Below, one piece after another: positions 23,413 through 35,385 of a stretch of DNA of 64,000 bases (positions are counted from its first letter, which is position 1; every line of letters begins with the position of its first letter). The translations under genes were made by a program, and so were the position numbers. A model generated the notes under the pieces. The model had not been told where the DNA came from. It worked only from the letters and a program-made list of their open reading frames with translations, and did not search any database. Source of the DNA: Azolla caroliniana (lineage: Eukaryota; Plantae; Polypodiophyta); the NCBI GenBank assembly GCA_043228905.1, contig JBHGNT010000012.1, positions 12,710,001-12,774,000 on the forward strand. The letters are read 5' to 3'.

Positions 23413-24487
23413 TGCTTGTCTTGGGAGCAACCCCGGTTCTCTCTCCACCTATTTGAGTGGGTCATAGTTGATCCACCCTTATCTACACAAGGCCCTGCAT
23501 GTCCCTTCCCACGTCCATTCCTATAGACGTTAATGGCATGATCCATACTTGGGCCACGGAAGAAACCATTCACTTTTCACCACGCCCCTTTACGTGTCCA
23601 AGATCCTTCTCCTTGGACCTAGCATATCACTAGACCTATAGTCACCTCCATCACACTACGAGTGGGATTATGCAGTTGGGCATTTCGAATCTACTAAGGT
23701 ATGGATGCTTCGTCCATATTGCAAAGTAGACAGTATGTAACCTCATGATAACGACCTACACATGTGAGGCCATTGAGGTTGTAGAGTGCGTATGGGCCTC
23801 ATAGCATGAGGATAATGTGGTGAGAAATGGTTTTTAGCGTGTCTGTTCTCTCCACGAATATGTTTTTGGCGGTTGTGGTCACGAGGGAGTTTAGAATGCA
23901 TTGCGACCAGCATATGGATGACGGCATGCGTTTTCATTGTGATTAGAAGATCCGTCGTCGTTGTGGACGCTGCAACACCTGAGGAATATGACGGTGGCAC
24001 CATTCAAAGAAAACATTTCTAGGTGAAACATGCGTGGGGTGGTGCACACGATGATGAAATGGTAGATAGACATAGGAATGTCATGTGGAATCATGTTCGT
24101 AGTAGGAGTTACGATCGGACACTACTATTGCGCATATCATGGTACAACGAGACACGTCATTGTATGAGGGTGGCTTCAATACAACATTGTAACGAGTTTC
24201 GTGTTACTCGTGAGAGTGATAGTGATACATATAGGTAGGGCAGGAGTGAGGTAGCATGTGTCTGGGCACGCGACCTAATCATGTGTGCATGAGAAACCGT
24301 GTGTGTGGAGTTTCATTTTGCCTGTGCAACGAGCGAGCAAGGGCACACGACCTGATCGGGTGTGTGTGTGTGTTGTGCACGCATGGGAGAAATATGATTG
24401 AGAGGGTTATAAGAACATCAAGAGACCACAGAGCACACCATTTACAATGTTCAGAAAGTGTATAGTTGAAAATGTTATGTACCTTGT

Positions 24488-25369
24488 TTAAAATTTGTGA
24501 ATACAAGCGCGTGGGCGAAGATAACATTGATGGAGGAAGCGAGAGGTTGCCACACTTAGAAGGTGATCCTCCTCACCGGCCTTGAAATGACGACGTTATT
24601 CCTCATGTTGTCGTCCGGTGATGCGATAACGACACTCATCCTCCTTGCGCTCGCATTGTCTCTCTTTCGCTCGGCATCCTCTTCAAATTAACCACGTTCC
24701 TTGGACACTTCGCTATGGCAGTGACCATCATTACGTGCCTCTTCTCCACTAATGTATAAGGCCTCACGGAGCCAGTTGCAACGCTCTTCTACGGGGATTT
24801 GTTCCACATTCCTGCAGCAGCTTTCAGAGGGCCTTGCATATCGGCTGATTTCATCCCAAGAGGTGCGACGGCTTCTTCCACGTTCTTCCTTATCATTACG
24901 TTGTTGTAGGTGGTAGACTTGCCTATCGACGAAGTTTTGGCACTCTTGCCTCAACTCTTGGTCTCATGGCTCATCGCGATCGTGATCCTCTTCAGACTCT
25001 CTTCTTAATGGACCCATCACGACATCCCCCGCACTTCTCCTCATCGAAATCCTCCTCCCTGCATCGATCACACCTCTCCTCATGTGGACCATCGCGATCA
25101 CCACTCTGACAATCCCGGTCCTGATCCGACTCTCTCTTGTTGTCTCTATTGCGCCTCTCATCGATAGATCCCTCATGGCGCCCGTTGCGCCTCTCATCGT
25201 CGACATCCTCCTCCCTACATCGATCGCGTCTCTCCTTGTTAATATCTCCCTCTCTTCGTCGATTGCACCTCTCCTCTTCGCTATCTCGTGCTATAGATCT
25301 AGCAATGCTAGCCCTCTAGGCGGTTAGCATGATAACCGCCATGAGGAATATGATAGTGACCTTCGCCAT
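24488..25369 (-). pseudogene. 2S-albumin-like storage protein copy S3
   Basis: Signal peptide with TAG at codon 18; LRQECQNFVDRQV..RPSESCCRNVEQIPVEERCNWLREAL; C-terminal HQCYLRPRAC. Confidence 0.7.
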
Positions 25370-26446
25370 TGCTTGTGTTGGGAACTACCCCGGTTCTCTC
25401 TCTACCTATTTGAGTGTGTTATAGTTCATCCACCCTTATATACAGAAGGCCATGCATGTCTAGTACACGCATGTCCCTTCCCACGTCCATTCCTATAGAT
25501 GTTAATGGCATGATCCATAGTTTGGCCATGGAAGAGACCATTCACTTTTCACCACCCATCTTTACGTGTCCAAGATCCTCCTCCATCGACCTACCATATC
25601 AGTAGCCCTATACTCACCTCCATCACAACCAAGAGTGGGATTATGCACTTGGGCATTTCAAATTTACTAACCTATGGATGCTTCGTCCATATTGCAACAT
25701 AGAGAATATGTAACCTTAGGACGGGCCTCGTAAAATGAGGATAAGGTGGTGAGAAAAGGTTTTTAGGTTGTTGGTTCTCTCAACGAATATGTTTTTGGCG
25801 GTTGTGGTCACGAGGGAGTTTTGAATGCATTGCGACCAACATACGGATGACGACATGCAATTCCGTTGTGATTACAAGATCCGTCGTCGTTGTGGATGCT
25901 GGAACACCCAAGGAATATGAAGGTGGCACCATTCAAGGACAACATTTCTAGGTGAAACAAGCGTGGGTAGGTGCACACAATGATGAAATGGTAGATAGAC
26001 ATGGGAATGTCATGTGGGATCATGTTCATAGTAGGAGTTACGATCAACTATTACTATTGCGCACATCCTGGTACGACGTGACACGTCATTGTATGAGGGT
26101 GGTTTCAATACAACATTGTGATGGCATCGACTTCTGAGGAGTTTTGTGTGGCTCGTGAGAGAGATAAAGATAGATGGATAGAGATAGATATAGGTAGGGC
26201 GGGAGTGAGGTAGAGTGCGTGTGGGCACGCGACTTAATCATGGGTGCGTGAGAAACTGTGCGTGTGGAGTTTCATTTTGCCTATGTAACGAATGAGCGAG
26301 GGCAGACAACCTAATCGTGTGTGTGTGTGTTGTTCGCGCGAGTGGGAGAAATATGATTGAGAGGGTTATGAGAACGTGAAGACACCACAGAGCACACCAT
26401 TTACGATGTTCAGAAAGTGTATAGTTCAAAAAATTATGTACCTTCT

Positions 26447-26700
26447 TTACAAGAGGCGAATACAAGCATGTGGGCGAAGATGACATTGTTGTAGAAGGTG
26501 AGAGGTTGCCATGCATAGAAGTTATTCCTCCTTACCCGCCTTGAAATGACGACGTTCTTCCTCATCTTGTCGTCCGGTCATGCGATAACGACACACGTCC
26601 TCCTCGCGCTCGCTACTGTGTTTCTCTCGCTCGGCATCTTCTTCACATTGACCACATTCCCTGGACATTTCGCTATGGCTGTGACCATCATTGCGTGCCT
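26447..26700 (-). pseudogene. 3' fragment of copy S4
   Basis: C-terminal QQCHLRPHAC segment; the 5' part is deleted at the D3 junction. Confidence 0.6.
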
Positions 26701-26728
26701 CCGTGAAGTCTTATACATTAGCGGAGAA

Positions 26729-29700
26729 TTTGGTTGTCTTTGGTGTTCTTGATTAATGGTGATCGATCAATGTGCGGTCGGCCTTGATCCAGACAACGAT
26801 CAACAAAGACCTTCAGTAACTCTTTCCTTATTTATTTTTTTCTATTTTTTCTTCTCCCATCTAATCATGTGTATAGTTTATATGTAATTGTTTTCATTAA
26901 TTTAATGATGTTGTAGTGGTAATTAATTGGTTGTATAAAACGTATACATATGTGTATGAGGTCAATACCTCATTTGACATATATTGAATATGTGATTAGT
27001 GTCGTATGCGTATAAGGTCAATACCTCGATTTCATTGTAAATGATATGTGTTTGGTCTCGTATGCGTAAGAGGTCATACCTCAATTGCGTATTACGATGA
27101 ACCCTTATTTTTGGATGTTTCGTTTGCATAGAGGTATATGCGTCGATTACAAATTTCGATTATATATTTCTTGGCTATTTGATGTAACGATTTGTTTAAT
27201 ATATGCATATGTGGTCACGTATATACATATTGGATCGTATATATGTGATAACATACATATGTGTATATAAGTTATTACGTTAGTTTAATATCGAATGTTT
27301 TCATTTTCAGGGAAAGGATTTTGGTGGCCGTCTTCACATTTTTGTGAGAATGGCGTTGTCACCATCCCTTTTTTCAACAATTTTTTATTATTGACATGCC
27401 CATTGGTGACTTCTATTTTATTACGTAAAGAAATGTCTAGAGCCACAATGATGTTGAGAACGATGGGCTTGACCCACTTGATGTGAGGTCGCTCTTATGA
27501 CACACATATCCACCATCCCTCCCTGATTACATGGATACGTTGCCACCATGAGATCATTCTTACGAAAGGCATTTGTAATCACGTAACCATGTGATGGGCC
27601 ACGTGGGCCTAATACGAAAAGAGGGCTCATTTGGCATGACCATTAGGTTGCACTTTGGCATATGCCATCATAATTACGATACTTGACATTAGGTAACGTA
27701 CCAAGAAAGTTTGTGGTAAACGAGGGGAAAATAAGGAGTCTTGTCATATATGTTTCTTTTAAAAAAACATATATGGGCAAATGCCTTGCATATCTCTCAT
27801 ACGCATGAAACATTAAACATTCAAAAAGAGCAACCTAATTGCTTAGCTCAAGTGTTTAATGCATTTTTTCTGAAGGTCTCGAGTTCAAATATAAGCAAGA
27901 CCATACAACATTGTTGATACATATGATTATAACACATGTTTAGACTTGAGGTCTAAGTGCACTTCGGGGTCCTCGTAATAGGACTTAAAGAGCCGAATCC
28001 ACGTATGTGGGCACCGAAACATAGTTTATTGTTAACATTTCTTTCGTGTATAAACTATTCATAATGCAAACATACATCGTTGAGCCTCAGGGAGACGCCA
28101 TGAAAAAATCGATATACAAATGAGTGAAAGACATTAATTTGTCACCCCCATGGTTTTTAAAACACTTTTGTGTTACCATAGTAACCTTATCTTCAACCTC
28201 ATCTCATACGTCTAGAGGGTTATTTATGATATCGATTAATGTTTGCCCATGATATGTTTACATCACGACATGATGATATGACTATTTGTCTAACCTTATC
28301 CTATTTCTTTGCCGGAAATAACCATTCAATGGCTCAAAATAATGACCCGATGTCATCCGCTCAAGCGGAAGGAACTCAAGGAAATCCTCCTGGACAATTG
28401 TCCATTGAGATGCATTTTTCACAAATAAGCCAATACCTTAGTTTCACCGCTCAATAGATGACCGAACTTCGGAAATCTCAAGGTCCTCTCGAGGCACGGG
28501 TCATTAGTTTACAACGTGTGATTAATAGACCTGATCAGCGACAAGGTGAACCATCGTTTCTCGTTAAGCCATTTATGGGAGAAAAAAAGAAAAGAACCGA
28601 GGAAGCAATCTGCACGTGGCTGGGCCGATGGGAGTCTCATTTTGAGCTCTTTCCCACGCAAGATAGTACGAAGATTGCATATGTTGGCCTGGTGGCGTGG
28701 GCTCTGATCTTTTGGGAAATTGACCGATACCTGGACAGATTTTGTCACAATTTTTAAGGGCCTATTTCTGCAACATGTCTCTCAAACCGAGGCAACTGAA
28801 GCTTTAATAAACCTCTCTAGCAGGAAATTTTCTTCCCTAGAAGACTATGTCCACCATGCTGGAACTCAAATCCAAAAATCGGGTCTAGAAGGGGACAATT
28901 GGTTAATAGCTTGTTTTGTCAATAGCTTGTTTTGTCAACGGAAAGAGCACGACAACAAAGCTAAAGCTGCAGACCATACAGGTCAGATTCCTAATGTCCT
29001 TGAGGTCTATACACATCATTTGAGTAATTGCCAATGTTCTTTCCCTAACAATGTATTGGGCCCAATGATTTACTATGTGCAAACGGGTATATCAATGGAT
29101 CTCCCGTACAATTTTTGTTTGATTCGGGAAGCTCACACAATTTTGTGAATGATCGTTTGGTTTAGATATGGGAATCCAACCCACCATAAGTGATCACAAC
29201 ACCTATAGGGTGCACTTGGCTGATGGAAGAGTATAATACATCAACGGGGCGATTCATTCATAAGGAATTTCTATTAACACTAATACTTGTAATGAATCTT
29301 TGTACCACTGATGTAATACTGGGTTATCCCTAGTTTTTTTAATAAAAACTCTTTTGTATCTATTGATTGGGTTCATCATTCAATTACATTTGTAGTGAAC
29401 GATTATACTCATTTTATTTAATGTGTTAAAAAATAATCCCTCGCGATTGTTTCCTCTCCATCAATAACTGAGTTGTCTTGTTCTACTCTATTTTATTGTG
29501 TACTTGATCTAGACATTCACGTTTACAATATCGATAATGTCTCGGTTCAATTAACATATTTTGAAAAACAACAACTTGATAAAATCTTAAATGATTTTCG
29601 TCATGTTTTTTCGAGTGACCTACCAGATGGGTTACCTCCTAAAGGTAATAGAGACCATCATATAGATATTGTACCTGGCGTTGCACTAATAAGTATACCT

Positions 29701-31503
29701 CCTTATCACTTAAGTCGATCCGAAGAGGATGAGGTATCTAAGCAACTCAACGACTATTTACGAATGGGTTATATTTGTTATAGAAAATCTCCATGGTGTG
29801 CACCAATTCTCTGGGTTAAAAAGAAAGACATTGTATGTGTATTAATTGCCGACGCTTGAATAAAGTGACGATCAAGAATTCGTATCCATTGGATGATATT
29901 TTAGTTTATAACCGTACATTACAAGAACATGCTAAACATGTCCGCTTTGTCTTACAAGCATTGCGTTACAAACAGTTTTATGCGAAGACCTCAAAATGTG
30001 AGTTCTTCAAGAAATCCATTACTTATCTTGGACATCTCATAACCAAACGAGGAGTTGAAATTGATCCTTCTCGCATCGAGAAAATCAAGCTTTGGCCCAC
30101 TCTTCGGAATATTCGAGAAGTTTGATCATTCCTTGGTTTTGTCGGGTTTTTGCGAAAATCCCTTTGTAATTACTCCCAATTGAGAACGTCGTTTACCGAT
30201 CTTCAAAAAGGTCCAACGCATAAGTCTACAAAATCTATTGTTTGGAATTCTACACTAGACCTCGCCTTTAAGGAACTCAAGGACCTGGTGTGCAAGACCG
30301 CGAGTCCTTGAAATATTTTTGTCACCAACAAGACCTGAAAGGTTGTAAGGCACGATGGCCTGATCTCATCCAGGAGTTGGATTTTTCCATTCGATATCGT
30401 AAAGGATCCATTAACACTGTCGCTGATGGACTAAGTGGCATCCGTGAAGTTAACATGCTTAGCTTCACTGAAATAACATCAGATCTTTATGATCACCTTT
30501 CTTCGGGATATGTAAGATATGTTGCATATTGCACCAGATAATATAAAAACGGCTCAAGATAAAGCACGTTTTTATGCCAATCATCATAGGAAACCTCATG
30601 TATTCAACCTTGGACAGAAGGTATTTTTACGTGTACCTTAAAATTCTAAGACATTGTCTAAGGGTTAGTGCGCTAAGATAGCCTCACGGTTTTGTGGACC
30701 TTTTATAGTGCTCAAACGCACAGGGTCACCAGCCTATCTTCTCGCTCTTCCCGATGGTGTGTAAATTCATCTAGTTTTTCATGTGAGTCGTCCAAAAGAG
30801 CTTCTAGGTTCTAGCGACAATACAGTTACAACTGAAACTCTGGTTACTTTTGAGGAATTATCTTCTAAACCACATGTACCAGAAAGAATTTTCAATGTTA
30901 AAACAAAAAAAAAACGTATTAAAGAAATTCGGGAATTTAAAATAAATTGGATGGATAAATCAATAAAAGATGCCACATGGGAACGCGAAAATACTCTCAG
31001 AACTTACTTCCCTAACTTTCCATTGCAAAACTGCACTGTTTTAAAGAGGGGGAGTATGTTACGGGCATGACCATATAATATCCCGTGGTGATAATTTACC
31101 GTAGTATTCTATACACGTGGATAAGTGTGAGGGTTAAATTAGAGTGTAAAGAAGGGGAGGATTACTTTTAATACTCGATATTGAAACAACCTATTAGGCC
31201 AACTGTGAACTTGCCTGGGGGCCTTGGGTATCGCTATAACTAAGAGGCCTAGCTACCCTCATTTCATCATTTTCTGACTACGTCGAGACTCTGTTCTTGT
31301 GGTGGGTCAACTCTTGTAGTGAGCACGCCAGCACCAGGTACGACACGACGCCACATCGGTGGTATGGGACGCCGATCGAGGCTCGAGTCCGTCTCGATCT
31401 CTTCGCTTGGGGGTGGATCGGCACCCTTCTTTCTCTCTGTCCTCTCTATCTAGATCTATCGTTTATCCTTATCCTTTGCTTACATTAGTACATATCTCTA
31501 ATA
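26729..31503 (+). mobile_element. Decayed chromovirus family D, copy D3 (5' LTR lost; integrase core deleted; 3' LTR 31057-31503)
   Basis: gag/PR/RT/RH fragments; chromodomain PERIFNVKT..FKINWMDKSIKDATWE (30783-31070); PPT AAGAGGGGGAGTA before TGTTACGGG. Confidence 0.9.
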
Positions 31504-32019
31504 ACATTTCTAGGTGAAACATGCGTGGCTAGGTGCACACGATGATGAAATGGTAGATAGTCGTGGGAATGCCATGTGGAATCATGTTCGTAGTAGGAGT
31601 TACAATCAGCCACTACTATTGCGCACATCATGGTACGGGGAGACACGACATTTTATGAGGGTGGCTTCAATACAACATTGTGATGGCATCAACGTCTGAT
31701 GACTTTCGCGTTGCTCGTGAGAGAGATAGCGATAGATGGATAAAGATATATATAGGTAGGGAGGGAGTGAGGTAATGTGCGTGTGCACAGGCGACCTAAT
31801 GATGTGTGCGTGAGAAACCGTGCGTCTGGGGTTTCATTTTGCTTTTGTAACAAGCGAGCGAGGACACACGACCTGATCATGTGTGTGTGTTTGTGTTTGT
31901 GTGTTGTCCGCATGTGGGGAGAAATGTGATTGAGAGGGTTATGAGAACGTTAAGACACCACAGAGCACACCATTTATGATTTTCGGAAAGTGTTTAGTTA
32001 AAAATGTTATGTACGTTCT

Positions 32020-33199
32020 TTAAAAGTGGCGAATACAAGCGCATGGGCGAAGATCACATTGTTGGAGGAGGCGAGAGGTCGCCACGCATAGAAGTTGTTC
32101 CTCCTCACCGGCCTTGAAACGACGATGTTGTTCCTCATCTTGTCGTCCGGTCATGGGATAACGACTCTCGTCCTCCTCGCGTTCACTATTGTTTCTCTCT
32201 TGCTCGGCATCTTCTTCCCATTGAAGACGCTCCCTGGACACTTGGCTATGGCGATGACTTCATTGCGTGTGTCTTCTCCGCTAATGTCTAAGGCCTCACG
32301 GAGCCGGTTGCAACGCTCTTCTCCGGGGATTTGTTCCACGTTCCTGCTACATCTTTCAGAGTGCCTTGCATATCAGTTGATTTCATCCAAAGAGGTGTGA
32401 CGACTTGGTCCACGTTCGTCCTTATCATTACGTTCTTGTAGGTGGCGGACCTGCCTATCGACGATGTTTTGGCACTATTGCCTGAACTCTCTATCTCATG
32501 GCTCATCCCGACTACGACGATGCCAATCCTCTTTGGACTCTCTACTGTTGTTTCTGTGACGTCCTTCATTGAGGGATCATTCATGACGTCGGTCACGCCT
32601 CTCCTATTCGACATCCTCCTCCCTACATCGATCGCTCCTCTCGTCACGTGACTTATCCTAGACGATCCCGTTCCTCTTCAGACTCTCTCTAGTTGTCTCT
32701 ACGATGTCCTTCATCGATGGATCCTTCACGACAAGACGACTATCATGTTCGACATCCTCCTCCCTACGTTGATCACGCCTCTTGTCCCGTGACTCAGCCC
32801 GATCACGACTGCGACGATCCCGTTCTTCTTTCGACTCTCTCTTGTTGTCTCTGTATCGCCCCGCCTTGATAGACCCCTTGCAACATCCCCCCCGCCTCTC
32901 TTCATCGAAATCCTCCTCCCTGCGCCGATCGCGCCTCTCCTGACGTGGCTCATTGAGATCGCGACTATGACGATCCCAGTCCTCATCCGACTCTCTCTTG
33001 TTGTCTCTGTAGCGCCTCTCATCGATGGATCCCTCACGGCGTCGGTTGACCCTCTCCTCGTCGACATCCTTCTCCCTATGTCGATCACGTCTCTCCCCGT
33101 TAATGTATCCGTTTCTTCGTCGATCGCGCCTCTTCTCTTCCCGTTGCCGGTGGTTAGCATGATAACCACCATGACGAATATGATAGTGAGCTTCGCCAT
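32020..33199 (-). pseudogene. 2S-albumin-like storage protein copy S5 (frameshifted)
   Basis: MAKLTIIFVMVVIMLT start; end EEEQLLCVATSRLLQQCDLRPCACIRHF*; two RY boxes upstream at 33281 and 33296. Confidence 0.65.
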
Positions 33200-33988
33200 T
33201 GCTTGTGTTCGGAACTAGCCCGATTCTCTCTCCGCCTATTTGACTGGGTCATAGTTGATCCACCCTTATATACCTAACGCCATGCATGTCTAGTACATGC
33301 ATGTCCCTTCCCACGTCCATTCCTAAAGATGTTAATGGCATGATCCGAACTTGGGCCATGGATGAAACCATTCACTTTTCACCACCCCCCTCCTCCTCCT
33401 TTGACCTACCATATCGCTAGCCCTATACTCATCTCCATCACACTAGGAGTGGGATTATGGACTTGGGCGTTTCAAATATAGTAACCTATGGATGCTTCGT
33501 GCATATTGCAATGTAGACAGTATGTAACCTCATGATAGCCACCTACACATGTGATGCCATTGAGGTTGTAGAGTGTGCATGGGCATCGTAAAATGAGGAT
33601 AAGGTGGTGAGAAAAGTTTTTTAGGGTGTTGATTCTCTCCACGAATACGTTTTTGGCGGTTGTGGTCATGAGGGAGTTTAGAATGCATTGCGACCAACAT
33701 ACGGACGAAGACATGCGTTTTCATTGTGAATACAAGATCCGTCATCGTTGTGGACACTGGAACACCCGAGGAATATGAATGTGGCACCATTCAAGGACAA
33801 CATTTCTAGCTGAAACATGCGTGGGTAACTGCACACGATGATGAAATGGTAGAGAGACATGGGAATCTGATGTGGAATCATGTTCGTACTAGGAGTAATG
33901 ATCAGCCACTACTATTGCACACATCATGGTATGACGAGACACGTCATTGTATGAGCGTGCCTTCAATACAACATTGTGATGGCATCGA

Positions 33989-35385
33989 TGTTACGGGCTT
34001 GACCATATAATATCCCGTGGTGAAAATTTACCATAGTGTTCTATACACGTTGATAAGTGTGAGGGTTAAACGAGAGTGTAAAGAAGGGCAGGATTTCTTT
34101 TAATCCTCGGGTTTGAGGCAACCCATTAGGCCAAGTGTGAAGTTGCCTAGGGGCCTTGGGTATCGCTATAAATAAGAGGCCTTGCTACCCTCATTCGATC
34201 CTCTTTTGACTACATCGAGTCTCTATTCTTGTGGTGGGTCAACTCTTGTAGCGAGCCCGCCAGCACCAGGTACGACTCTACGCCACAACGGTGGTATGGG
34301 ATGTCGATCGATGCTCGAGTTCATCTTGATCCCTCCGCTCGGGGGTGGTCGTGTGGATCAACACCGTTCTTTCTCTCTCTCCTATCTATCTGTCATTCTT
34401 TTCTCCTTATCATACGCTTACATCAGGGCATATCTCTAATAGTAGGATTTAGAGCTCATGTGCTAATGTTTCTTTTGTTGTCTTTTGTCTTCTTCATTAA
34501 TGGTGATCGATTGATGTGCAGTCGGCCTTGATCCAAACAACGGTCAACAAAGGAACTTCGGTAATCTTTCTTGTTTTTTATTTATATTTTTTCTTCTCCC
34601 TTCTAATCATGTATATGGTCATATGTAAAAAAAAATTCATTAATTCAATGATGTTTTAGTGGTAATTAATTGGTTATATAAAAATGTTTAGATATGTGGA
34701 CGAGGTCAATACCTCATTTGACATATATTTAATATGTGATTAGTGTTGTATGCATACGAGGTTAATACCTCAATTACGTATTACGTTCACAAACATATGT
34801 TACGTTTGCGTATGAGGACATTACCTTGATTTGTATGTAAATGATATGTGTTTGGTATCTTATGTGTATGAGGTCAATACCTCAATTGCGTATTACGATT
34901 AACCCTTACTTTTAGATGTTACGTGTGTGTAGAGGGTATATGCCTTGATTACGTACCTCGATTACATGATTTCTGGCTATTTTATATTACGATTTCTTTT
35001 ACATATCCATATTGGTCACGTGTATACGTATTTGATCGTATATATGTGATAATATACATATGCATATATAAGTTATTACGTGATTTCAATATCGAATGTT
35101 TTCCTTTTTCGGGGAAAGGATCTTGGTGGCCATGCTAACATTTTTGTGAGAATGGCGTTGTCACCATCCCCTTTTCAACAAATTTTTATTGTTAACATCC
35201 CCGTTGGTGACTTTGATTTCGTTATGTAATGAAACAATTTTAGCAACAATGGTGTTGAGAACGCAGGGCTTGACCCACTTGATGTGAGGTCGCTCTTATG
35301 ACACACATATCCAACATCCCTCCCTCATTACATGGATACGGTGCCACCATGAGATCATTCTTACCAAAGGCATTCGTAATGACGT
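33989..35385 (+). mobile_element. Chromovirus family D, copy D4: 5' LTR (33989-34441) and UTR
   Basis: LTR matches 31057-31503; degenerate PBS; the UTR is broken at 35385 by a gypsy insertion. Confidence 0.9.

Larger units (their letters stand above)
21421..26700. repeat. ~1.9-2.3-kb tandem gene units (the array also covers 11511-12214 and 31504-33988)
   Basis: The marker gtgaaacatgcgtgg..ggtgcacac(g)atgatg recurs at about 21857, 24023, 25952, 31514 and 33811. Confidence 0.9.
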
